A DNA stretch of 64,000 nt, from positions 91,237 to 155,236 of IMG/VR virus record IMGVR_UViG_3300025018_000101, one strand, 5' to 3'. The position numbers and the translations under genes are program-made. The stretch is from a virus. The stretch's first letter is position 1; each line of letters starts with the position of its first letter. Under the pieces are notes generated by a model that saw only the letters and a list, made by a program, of their open reading frames with translations, did not search any database and was not told the DNA's origin. This document shows positions 45,176-54,870 of the stretch, piece after piece.

Positions 45176-46135
45176 CTACGGGGCCGGCCACGCCCTGGCC
45201 AGTTCGGCCATCACGGCCTCCCTGGCCCGCGCCACGCCGTCTGGCCGAACCACCCTCTCGGAGAGGGCGGCCCGGACGACGAGCATGGCCTCGGCGGACC
45301 GCCCCCGCCGTGTCGCCGGGTCCGGGCACCCGGCGACACCGATGAGCGTCGCGAGGGGCCCGGCCCCCGCCCGGGCCTGGCGGGCGACCGCGCCCAGGGC
45401 GGCCCGCCTCCCGCGGGTCCGCCACTGGTTCTCGCGGTCGGCGTCCCGCCCGCGCCCGGACGGGCCGGGGACGCCCGCCAGGCCCCGCCCGAGCGCCGCG
45501 CGTTGGTCCTCCGACCTGACGGCCTGAATGGCCGCCTCCACGAGGCGGCGGCCTCGGGAGGAGGCGGCGGCCGCCGCCAGCCACCGCGCCTCGGCGAGGC
45601 GCTCCGCCTCGCGGGCCGCCGCCGCCTCCGACCGGAGGGCGGTGACTAGCCGGATCCGCAGCCCCGACGCGCGCTTCTCCAGCGCGCGGGCGACTACCCA
45701 CGCGCTCCCCACGGACCCCGCGGCGGGGACCCAGTCGCGGATCACCCCCGAGGGCTGGAGGGCGCCCAGCTCGGCGCGGAGGACGTCCGCGGCCGATGAG
45801 CCAGCCTCCTCGGCCTCGACCCGGGCCCGCGCCGCCTGGGCCGTGGCGCGGGCCAGGACCGCGCGCGCCCGCGCGGGGTCGTGGTCGAGCGGGAGGTCCG
45901 CATCGACCAGGACCTCGGCCAGGCCGCGGTACGCGCCCTTCGACGCGCACACCAACTGCCCGAACTCCTTCGGGCTGACCTCCCCCGCGCGAACCGCGCG
46001 GAAGAGGTCCTCCGCCTCGTCGACGGTCCGACGCCGTCGACGAGGCATCCACGCCGCCAGGCGGCCCGGCCACGGCGCCACCGCCGCCGCCGACGCCACC
46101 GCGGCGTTGCCGTTGCCGTTGTTGTTGTTGGTCAT
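45176..46135 (-). CDS. Ala/Arg-rich hypothetical protein
   Basis: Start at MTNNNNGNG after a structured leader. Confidence 0.55.
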   Translation of the reverse strand: MTNNNNGNGNAAVASAAAVAPWPGRLAAWMPRRRRRTVDEAEDLFRAVRAGEVSPKEFGQLVCASKGAYRGLAEVLVDADLPLDHDPARARAVLARATAQAARARVEAEEAGSSAADVLRAELGALQPSGVIRDWVPAAGSVGSAWVVARALEKRASGLRIRLVTALRSEAAAAREAERLAEARWLAAAAASSRGRRLVEAAIQAVRSEDQRAALGRGLAGVPGPSGRGRDADRENQWRTRGRRAALGAVARQARAGAGPLATLIGVAGCPDPATRRGRSAEAMLVVRAALSERVVRPDGVARAREAVMAELARAWPAP

Positions 46136-46241
46136 GCCGTTCGCCCCCATCTCTGGGGGCCGCCATGCCCTGTTGAGCGCTGAATCCAAAGCCGGGCGAG
46201 CTTCAGGCGCGAGTGACCACACCGCGGGCGTGGTCGTGAGT

Positions 46242-46310
46242 CCCCCGTGCACGAATCGAACGTGCAGACCGGTCGGGGGCAGTGAGCAGTTTTACGCCTT
46301 GCTCAGGGCG
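46242..46310 (-). ncRNA. H-type pseudoknot followed by a T-loop minihelix
   Basis: CGCC-C-TGAGCA-A-GGCG-TAAAAC-TGCTCA, then CCCCCG..GCACG-TTCGATT-CGTGC-A-CGGGGG. Confidence 0.55.
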
Positions 46311-46315
46311 GACGG

Positions 46316-48853
46316 TCAGTTCCGGAGGAGGCGGGCGGCGGCCCGGTGCGCCGCCGCCTCCTCAGGGCGGAAGGCGCACCACAGGGGGTCGACCTCGCCG
46401 TAGCGGCCGACCCACTCCTGCGCCGCCGCCCGGCGCTCCCCGACGGGGCGGTCCCCGTCGGCGAGGAGGTCGCGCAGCTCAGCGTCGGTGACGCGCCCCA
46501 GGTCCCGCCGGGCCTGGGCGGGGGACCGGCGGTTCGCCCGCGCGGCGGCGGCGACCGCCCGCGCCAGCGGGGTCGACCGCAGCGCCCGGGCGTTGCCGCC
46601 GCCCAGGTTCACCGGGCGGCCGCGGACCGCCTCCAGGGCCCTCTCCAGGACCTGGGATGGCGCCCTGTCGTGGAACGACAGGTGCTGCCGCACCGCCCCG
46701 TCAGGGGCGAACTCGACCGTCGACCGGTCGCCCCCGACCCGGATGGCCAGGATGAACGACTGGCCCAGCTCCACCGCCGGCCCGTAGGACCCGACGCAGT
46801 GGCCAAGGTCCTCCCCCTCGGCCCGTAGGCCCTGGGCGGTCCGGACCCACCGGGCGCAGGGCCGCAGGTGGACCTGCGGCAGGGGGTATTGCGCCCCCAG
46901 GACCGCGTCGCCGCGGTCCCCTGCGTATTGGGTCAGCGCACGGTCGGAGGCCGCCTGGAAGGCAGCCTCGACGGCCGTGCGGGGCCCGTCGACGAGGTCC
47001 TCGTCCTGGACCTCGTCGACGACGGCGGCGAGGGCGTACCGCCGGACGCCCTGCCCGCCGGGCAGGTAGGCGGCCCGCTCCCGGAAGAGCTGGCCGGCCG
47101 CCCCCCGCCGGGCGACGTCGACCAGCCAGGCGGCCACGGCGGCCGACCTGACGCGGGGCGCCAGGCCCGACACGCGCGGGTCGGCCGCCGAGGCCATCCG
47201 CCGCCGGACCAGCCACACCTCCGCCGGCACGGAGGGGTCGTCCTGGGCCCAGGCGTGGGCCTCCCGCGGGGTGGGGGCCAGGTGCGGGGCCCCCTCCAGC
47301 ATCAGGTCCGTCGGCGTTGCGCCGAGGACCATGCGGGCCGCGCGGTCTGCCGACAGCCGGGGGAACCCCGGCGTCAGCCGCGCGACGACGGCCGCCGCCT
47401 CTGCGTTGTCGGCGAGCCCCAGGAGCTGGGCCCGCCGACCACCCCGGGCGAGGGCGGCGCGGACCCTCCCCGTAGGGTCCGCGGCCAGGGGGCGGGCGGC
47501 CCCCCAGGGCAGGTCGCGGACCCGGACGGGTCCGCGAGTCCGCCACCTCCAGGCCACCAGCTCCCGCAGGAGTGCCCCGCGCGACTGCGGGGCGTCGGGG
47601 TCTGGCGCCTCGGCCAGGGCGGTGAGGGCGCGCAGCTCCTCCTCCGACCTCTCCCACGCCGCCACCAGGTCCGCGGGCCAACGCCCCTCGGCGTCGGCGG
47701 CGGCGGCGGCGGCGGCGGCGGCGTGGGCGGCGACGGCCGCGGCCAGGAGCGCGGCCCTGCGCTCCTGGAGCCCCTCCCTGGAGGGGACGGACGCCTGGAT
47801 CGCCTCCAGGGCCGCCCCCAGGACGAGGGTCTGCGCCTCGGGCGAGACTCGCCCGAGGGCGCAGAGGGTCCTCCAGGGGAGGGCGCCGTCCCAGACCCGG
47901 GCGGAGCCCCGGGCGAACGCCCGGGCTCCGCGCGAGTCCCGGGCGTGGCGGTACGGGGGCACCGCCCCGGCGGTTCGGGGCCGCCACCCCGACGCCAACC
48001 GGGCCGCCGCCGCCCGGGCGGGCCATCCGCCCAGGAACATGACGAACGCCAGCTCGATGGCCGGGTTGTAGGGGGACCCGACGACGCCGGGCCGGGCGGC
48101 CATGGCCGCCCAGAAGGCCAGCCACTCGCCGAGGCGAGTGGCCATCGTCGTGGGGCACACGACGGTGTGCCCGACCACGATCAGCCGGCCGTCGACCACT
48201 CCCTCCCGGTTCCAGGCCGGGGTGTCGTAGGGGCCGGTCCCGGCCTGGTGGGCCAGGGCGGCCTCGGAGCCCCGAAGGGCCCATGCCGTCCGGGCGGGGG
48301 CGTCGTAGGCCCCCGCCCCGGCGGGGACGGGGATCGCCACCAGCACGCCCGCCCCCTGGGCGATGCTGGCGGCGACTCCGTGGTAGGCGGGAGCGGAGAG
48401 CTCCCGCCAGTCACGGACGGGGGCCGCCCGGAGGCGGGCGGCCCGAGGAAGCTCCTCGGGCCTCCCGACCCCCCAGTCGTCGAGTTCCCGGCCCAGCCGC
48501 CAGGGGGCCACCGCCCCGAGGGCGGCCGACGCGGCGGCCGCTATCGCCGCGTCCGACCAGAACCAGACGACGGCCGCCGCCGCCGCCGCCACCACCACCG
48601 CGGCCGCCACCGCCACCGCCCCCGCCACCGCCGCCGCCCGCGGCGGCGATGGCGGTTCGCCCCACACCCACGCCCAGCCGGCGCGGCGGCCGAAGCCGCC
48701 GACGCCGCCGTGGATCACGGCGGCGGTGGCCCGGCCGAAGCCGGTGGCGGGGTCGGCCGCGGCCGAAGCCGCGATCATGCCGACGCCCGCCACGCAGGCG
48801 AAGGCGGCGGCGGCGAGCACGAGCACGAACAGACACACGATCAGGATGGTCAT
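46316..48853 (-). CDS. Membrane-anchored protein with C-terminal PcfJ-like domain; contains no lysine
   Basis: LRAEGEDLGHCVGSY...RSTVEF...RQH PcfJ-like motif; N-terminal TM segments; GGAGG RBS. Confidence 0.7.
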   Translation of the reverse strand: MTILIVCLFVLVLAAAAFACVAGVGMIAASAAADPATGFGRATAAVIHGGVGGFGRRAGWAWVWGEPPSPPRAAAVAGAVAVAAAVVVAAAAAAVVWFWSDAAIAAAASAALGAVAPWRLGRELDDWGVGRPEELPRAARLRAAPVRDWRELSAPAYHGVAASIAQGAGVLVAIPVPAGAGAYDAPARTAWALRGSEAALAHQAGTGPYDTPAWNREGVVDGRLIVVGHTVVCPTTMATRLGEWLAFWAAMAARPGVVGSPYNPAIELAFVMFLGGWPARAAAARLASGWRPRTAGAVPPYRHARDSRGARAFARGSARVWDGALPWRTLCALGRVSPEAQTLVLGAALEAIQASVPSREGLQERRAALLAAAVAAHAAAAAAAAADAEGRWPADLVAAWERSEEELRALTALAEAPDPDAPQSRGALLRELVAWRWRTRGPVRVRDLPWGAARPLAADPTGRVRAALARGGRRAQLLGLADNAEAAAVVARLTPGFPRLSADRAARMVLGATPTDLMLEGAPHLAPTPREAHAWAQDDPSVPAEVWLVRRRMASAADPRVSGLAPRVRSAAVAAWLVDVARRGAAGQLFRERAAYLPGGQGVRRYALAAVVDEVQDEDLVDGPRTAVEAAFQAASDRALTQYAGDRGDAVLGAQYPLPQVHLRPCARWVRTAQGLRAEGEDLGHCVGSYGPAVELGQSFILAIRVGGDRSTVEFAPDGAVRQHLSFHDRAPSQVLERALEAVRGRPVNLGGGNARALRSTPLARAVAAAARANRRSPAQARRDLGRVTDAELRDLLADGDRPVGERRAAAQEWVGRYGEVDPLWCAFRPEEAAAHRAAARLLRN

Positions 48854-48979
48854 GACGGCCTCCGAGCTGCCGAAGTGGGACCCACGGACCCCGGCAGCAA
48901 TGGGGCGCGCAGGGACGGCGCAACATTGCGCCCTAAAGGAGCGCCCCCGGGACTGGGGGCCCGGGGCGGACACGGCGGC

Positions 48980-49426
48980 TCAGATGGCCAGCGCGTGCAC
49001 CGCCCAGAATGCCTCGCTTTCGGCGAGGCACTCCGGGGACACCCTCGCGGCGTCACCCGGCTCCCGGGGCGCCACCCCGGGCCCGCCGTACGCGGTGAGG
49101 AGGAAGACAGCGTCTTCCTCCTCCCGGCAGGCGGCGACGATGAACACCATTTCACCGCAGGTGCGTGCGGGCCGCCGGATGCAGCGGCTGGGGGCTGCCC
49201 GGTCCCCCCGGACGACGTACTCGACGTCGTCTTCGGCTACCGGCGCGTCGCCGGCCATGGGCCCGTAGAGGGCCGAGGGGAGGGGCGCTACCCCCTCCGG
49301 GAGGACGACGTGGCGGAGGATGAACCTCGCCTCGTCGCCGGCGACGGACTGACGGATGACCTCGATGTGGTCCTCCGTCAGTCCGTGGTCCAGGTGCGCC
49401 CCGGCACCTATTACGAGCTTGGCCAT
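48980..49426 (-). CDS. Phage hypothetical protein
   Basis: GGAGGG RBS; HLDHGL, LYGP and LLTAYGGP.APREPGD. Confidence 0.65.
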   Translation of the reverse strand: MAKLVIGAGAHLDHGLTEDHIEVIRQSVAGDEARFILRHVVLPEGVAPLPSALYGPMAGDAPVAEDDVEYVVRGDRAAPSRCIRRPARTCGEMVFIVAACREEEDAVFLLTAYGGPGVAPREPGDAARVSPECLAESEAFWAVHALAI

Positions 49427-49439
49427 GTGGCCCTCCGTT

Positions 49440-49680
49440 GCCCCCGAGGGGGCGGTGGGGCGGGTCACCCCGCCGTTGATGGTGCCAACGCGGCACCAGT
49501 GAGCTCCTGGGATGGACGTCGACCGAGCCATTTCAGTTGGTCGTGCCCTCCTTGCGGAGAGCTCCCAGGAGCTCGCTGCTGGCGCGTTGGCGAGTGGCGG
49601 TATTGCCACGGGGGGTTTGGGGGCGTGCACCCCGATTGTCGGCATCCGTGTTGACGGACGCCAACGCCTTGTGCCGACGA
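49440..49680 (-). ncRNA. Candidate structured RNA or long 5' leader
   Basis: A 12-bp stem (49501-49512 with 49563-49574) closes a 3-way junction with a GCAA tetraloop; further hairpins on both sides. Confidence 0.45.
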
Positions 49681-49768
49681 TTTGGGCGATTTGACAACGG
49701 TCGCCTCAGGCCGGCCGTACGTGCTAGAGTTCGACGGCAGGTGGTTACGGACCCCTCAGGAGGTGAAG

Positions 49769-52700
49769 GTGGAGCAGCGCAGCATTTCGGACATTCTGGC
49801 GTCGTCACCGACCATCCGTCAGGGCTTCGTCCAGGGCCAGCAGCAGTTCACCCAGATGGGCCAGCAGTTCCTTGGCGGACCCTCTCCGAACACCGAGCCG
49901 ACGTACTCGCCTCCGACGCCTCAGGGAGGTGGTACGCTGATGGGGCAGATGACGCTGCCGCAGGCGGCCTACATCCCGCCGCCTCCCCCGCGCCTGATCA
50001 TCCCGCCGGCGCCTCCGGTACTGCCTACGCTGGACCGCTCGAGGCTGCAGCCTATGCAGCAGCCTCCGTACTACCAGCAGCAGATGCCCAACATGATGGG
50101 GCCGATGGGGCCGATGGGCGCGGCCGCACCGCTGCCCCCCCCGTTCCCCATGGGCAGCGGCATGGCCGCTCCTGGGATCCTGCCTGTCAGCATGATCGGG
50201 TCGCCGACGATGAAGACGCCGTACGCCTCGGCGTACGAGTCGAACCTGATCTATGGCAACCAGATGGCGCAGCTCGGCATGATGGACCGGCGGGCGGCTC
50301 TGGCCGCCGGCGGGTCGCTGTTCTCTGGCATCGCCTCGACGGCGCTGGGCACGATGATCGGCGGTTACGCCGGCGCGGGGATCGGGTTCGGCGTGACGGG
50401 CGGAAGCGCGGCCGGCGCGTTGACGGGCGCGGACATCGGCGCGTCGCTGGGCGGGGCCGTGCTCAGTCCGCTGATCGCCCGCAGCCAGACGATGCAGCAG
50501 GTCATGAGCACGGCGCTCCGGCCCGCCATCGAGGGCATGATCGACACGTCCCAGATGCGCATGGGGTCGAGGTCGTACCTGACCGGCGGCCCCGACGTGG
50601 GCCTGGCGGGCCGCGGCCTGTCCCACGGCGCGTCGGCTGCCCTGGTGCGGGACCTCGGGTCGCTGGCCCAGGCGTCCCACGGTGAGTTCACGCGCCGGGA
50701 CATGATGGACATCACCTCGGCCGCCGGTGACACCGGGCTGCTCGAGATGGCGCAGAACCGCGAGCAGATCACCTCGACGGTGAAGAAGGTGGCCAACCTG
50801 CTCGGCACCATGGCGCAGATCACCGGCGACCCTGACTTCCGCAAGAACATCCAGCTCATCGCCGCCCTGAAGTCGGGCGGTGTCGAGCTCGAGCACATGA
50901 ACCGCGTCGTGCACAACCTCGGCAACTCCGCCCGAGGCGCGGGCACGACCGTTGAGCGCGTCCTCCAGGAGGGGGGCGCGTTCGGCCAGCGCGCGTATCA
51001 GGGCGCCGGCATGACGGCATCCTCTGGCATCGTCGCGGGGGCCGAGAGCCAGGCCATGGCGCGGCAGGCCGTGTCCAGCGGCGCGTTCACCGAGCACCAG
51101 CTCGCGCTCATGGGCGGCGAGGAGGGGCTCAGGGACAAGCTCTCCAGCATCACCGCCTCTGCCCTGGCCAAGAGCGAGGTCTTTCTGCCCGCCCTGCTGA
51201 CCAAGGGCGAGGACGGCAAGTGGCACATCGACAAAGAGAAGGCGGAGCGCCTGAAGAGCGGCGGCGACCCGATGCTCAAGGCGCTGCGGGAGGGGGCCGG
51301 CAAGCTGACGGTCAAGCAGATCCAGGACATCAACGCCCACAAGGGCGAATACCTGACGGAGCTGTCCGAGACCCTGGGCTCCCAGGGCGTCCTGCAGATG
51401 TCCATGGAGCACATGGACCAGCTCAAGGCTATGAACCCCGGCACGATCACCGACGAGGGTGCGGCCGCGGCGGCCTTCGGCAACGCCCCCAACGCAGCCG
51501 TCGTCATGTCCGGCCTCAAGAACTCCCAGGGCTTCTGGAAAAACATGGCGGCCGCGCACGCCAAGAGCGCTGAGATCGACCGCTTCGAGGCCGCCCAGAA
51601 GATCGCCGAGCGCCGAGAGCGTGCCAACCCGGGGCTGCTCACCCGAGGCGTCAATTGGGCCAAGAACAACAGGGCATCCGGTGTGGCCCTGCCGGGCATA
51701 GGCCTGGCGCTGACAGGCGCCCGCTACGCCTACGGGGCCGTCGAGGATACGTACGACCGGTTCCAGCTCGACGCCCAGGAGTACGCTACCAACAAGATGG
51801 CCGAGCAAGAGGCCGCGGCCGTGGGCCGGTCGTTCTACACGCAGAACCGAGGCATCCAGTCCGTCCTGTCGGCCCCCTCGGACGAGGAGCAGAAGAAGCG
51901 CTGGATGGCGCAGGTCGTCGATCAGTCCCGCGACGCCTCCTACGGCAGCCCCGACTGGAACGTGTCCGGCGTCAACCGGAGCATCATGGCGGACATGGGT
52001 CTGGGCGGGATGGGGTACGGTAACGTCGACCAGGGCGTGAACACGACCTGGTCGCTGATGCACGGACCCGTGCTGGCGGCCAAGGCTTCTTACGGGGCCT
52101 TCAAGAACCGCGGCAGGATCAGCGAGAACTACGGCCGCTGGAGGCACGGAGTGGGTAGCAAGGAGCTCGAGGCCTCCCGGGACTTCGCCCGTCTGTCCGA
52201 CGGCCGGTTCAGGGGCGCCGTCGATGCGGTGACGTTCGACGCGTTCGACGGTCGCGACTACAAGGAGCTTCGACAGCAGGCGAACGAGACCGTGTCGGCC
52301 ACAGCTACCGTGGCCCGGGGCGACTTCAAGGCCATGGCCACGGACGCCCAGGTGCTCCGCCAGACGCTCATGGAGGCCAACCTTACGCCCGAGCAGGTCG
52401 ACAGGATCCTCGAGGACGTAGGCAGTGGCGTCGCCGGGGCCGTGACGAAGGACGCCCTGGGGTTCGGCGACGCCCAGGGCATGAACACGTCGAAGGTGCT
52501 CGGCGGCATCCGGTCGACCATCGGAGGGTACGGTGTAGACACCCCCGAGTTCCTACACTACCTGACGCCCGAGCAGCAGAAGAGGGTTCAGGGCGTCCTG
52601 GCGTCCCCGGAGGGCCAGAGGGGCTCACTTGCCCTGGGTGTGCGGCAGAGCGCGGACGTCAAGGTGGCCATTGACAAGGGCAGGACCTCCGCCCAGACGG

Positions 52701-53635
52701 TGGGCTCCGCGCGCGACATGGACATCGCCACGGCCTCGGGCGAGTCCCAGGCCGTCGGCGACCTGAACGCCCTCCTGTCCGGCATGGGCCTGGCCAAGAC
52801 CGACGACATGAACACCGCCGAGATGCGGGCCATCACCTACATCCAGGGCGCGGACCCACTGGTGGTTGAGGCCATGGCGCTCGAGGCGGCGAGGCGAGAC
52901 TCCTCGATCTCGACGAACGTGGAGGCGGCCATCGACAAGTGGATGAAGATGGCCCCCCAGGGCGACTTCTCCCGGGCGAAGGCGATGCAGGAGGCCCGAG
53001 ACAACATCGGCGCCCTGAGCGAGAACCCGAAGGAGCTCGCGGTCTACACGAAGCTGCTCTTCAAGCACAAGACCAACTTGGGGTCCGTGGACCTGGAGGG
53101 CCTGCGCAGCGGCGTCAGGCAGCTCAAGGGCGCCACCGGGGGCGTGGTCGTGGCGCAGGTCAACTCCTCCATCTCGCTACTGTCCTCTGGCGTATCCGAC
53201 TTCGAGGGCGCCAAGAGCATCGGGGCGCTGGCGGCGAAGTGGAAGATGGCTTCACCCGAGGGGCGGTCGAAGCTCCTTGCGCGCGCGCGGGGCATGGGCT
53301 TCGACTCCTCCATGATCGAGACCGCCGTCGGCCAGATCAACAGCGGGGACCCCGAGAAGGACGCCAAGGGCCGAGAGGCCCTCATCGAGGGTCTGCGCAG
53401 CGGCACGGTCACTTCCGAGGTCGCCCCCATGCTCGAAGCTGAGGGCAGTGAGGTGGTGAGGGACGACCGCAAGCGCGAGGCCGCGGCCAACATCATGGCC
53501 GCAAAGGCCGTCGGCACGAGCGCTGAAAAGCTCTCCTCGGTAGCCGACCGCCTCGATGGCGCCCTCGACCGCTTCGAGAAGCTGCGGGTCACGCCAGGCC
53601 AGGTCGCAGGCAACGACGTCAAGCCAGCAGGGTAG
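49769..53635 (+). CDS. Putative tail tape measure protein
   Basis: About 1290 aa, Ala/Gly/Met-rich and helical, with glycine-zipper hydrophobic segments; AGGAGG RBS before the GTG at 49769. Confidence 0.75.
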   Translation: MEQRSISDILASSPTIRQGFVQGQQQFTQMGQQFLGGPSPNTEPTYSPPTPQGGGTLMGQMTLPQAAYIPPPPPRLIIPPAPPVLPTLDRSRLQPMQQPPYYQQQMPNMMGPMGPMGAAAPLPPPFPMGSGMAAPGILPVSMIGSPTMKTPYASAYESNLIYGNQMAQLGMMDRRAALAAGGSLFSGIASTALGTMIGGYAGAGIGFGVTGGSAAGALTGADIGASLGGAVLSPLIARSQTMQQVMSTALRPAIEGMIDTSQMRMGSRSYLTGGPDVGLAGRGLSHGASAALVRDLGSLAQASHGEFTRRDMMDITSAAGDTGLLEMAQNREQITSTVKKVANLLGTMAQITGDPDFRKNIQLIAALKSGGVELEHMNRVVHNLGNSARGAGTTVERVLQEGGAFGQRAYQGAGMTASSGIVAGAESQAMARQAVSSGAFTEHQLALMGGEEGLRDKLSSITASALAKSEVFLPALLTKGEDGKWHIDKEKAERLKSGGDPMLKALREGAGKLTVKQIQDINAHKGEYLTELSETLGSQGVLQMSMEHMDQLKAMNPGTITDEGAAAAAFGNAPNAAVVMSGLKNSQGFWKNMAAAHAKSAEIDRFEAAQKIAERRERANPGLLTRGVNWAKNNRASGVALPGIGLALTGARYAYGAVEDTYDRFQLDAQEYATNKMAEQEAAAVGRSFYTQNRGIQSVLSAPSDEEQKKRWMAQVVDQSRDASYGSPDWNVSGVNRSIMADMGLGGMGYGNVDQGVNTTWSLMHGPVLAAKASYGAFKNRGRISENYGRWRHGVGSKELEASRDFARLSDGRFRGAVDAVTFDAFDGRDYKELRQQANETVSATATVARGDFKAMATDAQVLRQTLMEANLTPEQVDRILEDVGSGVAGAVTKDALGFGDAQGMNTSKVLGGIRSTIGGYGVDTPEFLHYLTPEQQKRVQGVLASPEGQRGSLALGVRQSADVKVAIDKGRTSAQTVGSARDMDIATASGESQAVGDLNALLSGMGLAKTDDMNTAEMRAITYIQGADPLVVEAMALEAARRDSSISTNVEAAIDKWMKMAPQGDFSRAKAMQEARDNIGALSENPKELAVYTKLLFKHKTNLGSVDLEGLRSGVRQLKGATGGVVVAQVNSSISLLSSGVSDFEGAKSIGALAAKWKMASPEGRSKLLARARGMGFDSSMIETAVGQINSGDPEKDAKGREALIEGLRSGTVTSEVAPMLEAEGSEVVRDDRKREAAANIMAAKAVGTSAEKLSSVADRLDGALDRFEKLRVTPGQVAGNDVKPAG

Positions 53636-53678
53636 CTGTGACGCCCGTAGCAGTGTCACGGCGACGCGACACATTTCA

Positions 53679-53707
53679 TTGACACGGCGGCCGTCAGCCT
53701 GCATATT
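53679..53707 (+). promoter_or_regulatory. Sigma70-like promoter
   Basis: TTGACA-N17-CATATT. Confidence 0.6.
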
Positions 53708-53730
53708 GACGGCGTATCCACCGACGGGGA

Positions 53731-53970
53731 GTGCTCGTGAGTCGCTACACGCTTCGCATCCAGGACCTCTACGACGCGACGAACGCCAAGCGCCGAGCCC
53801 AGGACTTGTCCTGGCGCGCTCTCGGCCGAGAGCTCTGTGTGAGTGCTTCATCGCTCACGCAGATGAAGCACGGCCGAAAGCCTTCTGCGGACGGCCTCAC
53901 GACCCTGCTGGTGTGGCTCCAACAACCGGCGGCCTTGTACGCCGTCGACACGCAGCGAGACTGTACATGA
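53731..53970 (+). CDS. XRE-family HTH regulator
   Basis: LSWRALGRELCVSASSLTQMKHGRKPS. Confidence 0.75.
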   Translation: MLVSRYTLRIQDLYDATNAKRRAQDLSWRALGRELCVSASSLTQMKHGRKPSADGLTTLLVWLQQPAALYAVDTQRDCT

Positions 53971-54860
53971 ACCCCTCCTTCCCCCTCGGCGTCGGCGCAG
54001 GCATTGGCCTGGCCGGCGCCAGCATGCACCAGGGTGCATTCCGAAGCCACCAGGCGCCCCCGGGCCAGGTCGCGTCGCTCACCGACGCTGACGGCGTCGT
54101 CGACCCGCTGTTCCTGGGGGTCCTGGCCTCCATGCCCCTGGAGGCCCGGACGTACGCGGTCATGGTGCACGAAGGGGTCCTGTCGCGCATCTTCGAGGCC
54201 GCTCGCCAGGTGGGCGAGAAGAGTCGGGTGGCCGTGGCAGCCCGTCTCATGGCCGTGCGCGAGGGCTACCTGACCAAGACCGGCGTGGGTTTCCTCGTTC
54301 GCCTGGAAGAACTGCAGGAGGCGATCGAGTCACGTCAGGCGATGCGCGTCCCCGGGCGGCCTGGTCGCGACCAGGGGTCGCGTGCCAGCGGCGCGCTTGA
54401 AGGCGCTGGCCGTGCTCTTGCCGCCATCTGCGCCAATCAGGGCGTGGCGTCGGCGGCCGAGCTCGACCCGACGCTGACGTGCAACGACCTGCTGCAGGGG
54501 GCGGTCAAGCACATGGAGCGCGACGAGGGCGTCGAGCCGTCCGAGGCGGACGTGGACGCCATCGTCTTCCTCCTCCGGGAGTGCACCGCGGCCTCCATTG
54601 AGGCGCTGACCTCGGAGCTGGGCGGCCACCACATGGCGCTGGCGCAGTTGCTGGGCGTCTCTCGGAGCGTCGTCGAGCCGGTGACCTCGGTGCTCGGACT
54701 CTCCGAGGTCAACACGGGCAGGCCTCCCGTGAAGGACGCCGTTGTCGTCCCGGACAACACCTACCGCTACGCCGCGGCCCTGTCCTGGCTGCTCGGCAAG
54801 GACGGTAGGGGCTTCGTCGAGGACTTGAACGACCTCGTCGTGACCCCCATCCCCGACTGA
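53967..54860 (+). CDS. Hypothetical protein with a possible C-terminal HTH
   Basis: ATGA overlap; LAQLLGVSRSVV. Confidence 0.6.
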   Translation: MNPSFPLGVGAGIGLAGASMHQGAFRSHQAPPGQVASLTDADGVVDPLFLGVLASMPLEARTYAVMVHEGVLSRIFEAARQVGEKSRVAVAARLMAVREGYLTKTGVGFLVRLEELQEAIESRQAMRVPGRPGRDQGSRASGALEGAGRALAAICANQGVASAAELDPTLTCNDLLQGAVKHMERDEGVEPSEADVDAIVFLLRECTAASIEALTSELGGHHMALAQLLGVSRSVVEPVTSVLGLSEVNTGRPPVKDAVVVPDNTYRYAAALSWLLGKDGRGFVEDLNDLVVTPIPD

Positions 54861-54870
54861 GAGGTGACCC

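Noticed and set aside
46242-46279. tRNA gene
   Set aside because: Only a T-arm and an acceptor-like stem are present; no D or anticodon arm and no CCA
49501-49574. Hammerhead or other known ribozyme
   Set aside because: No CUGANGA/GAAA core in the junction, and no twister, pistol or HDV consensus recognised
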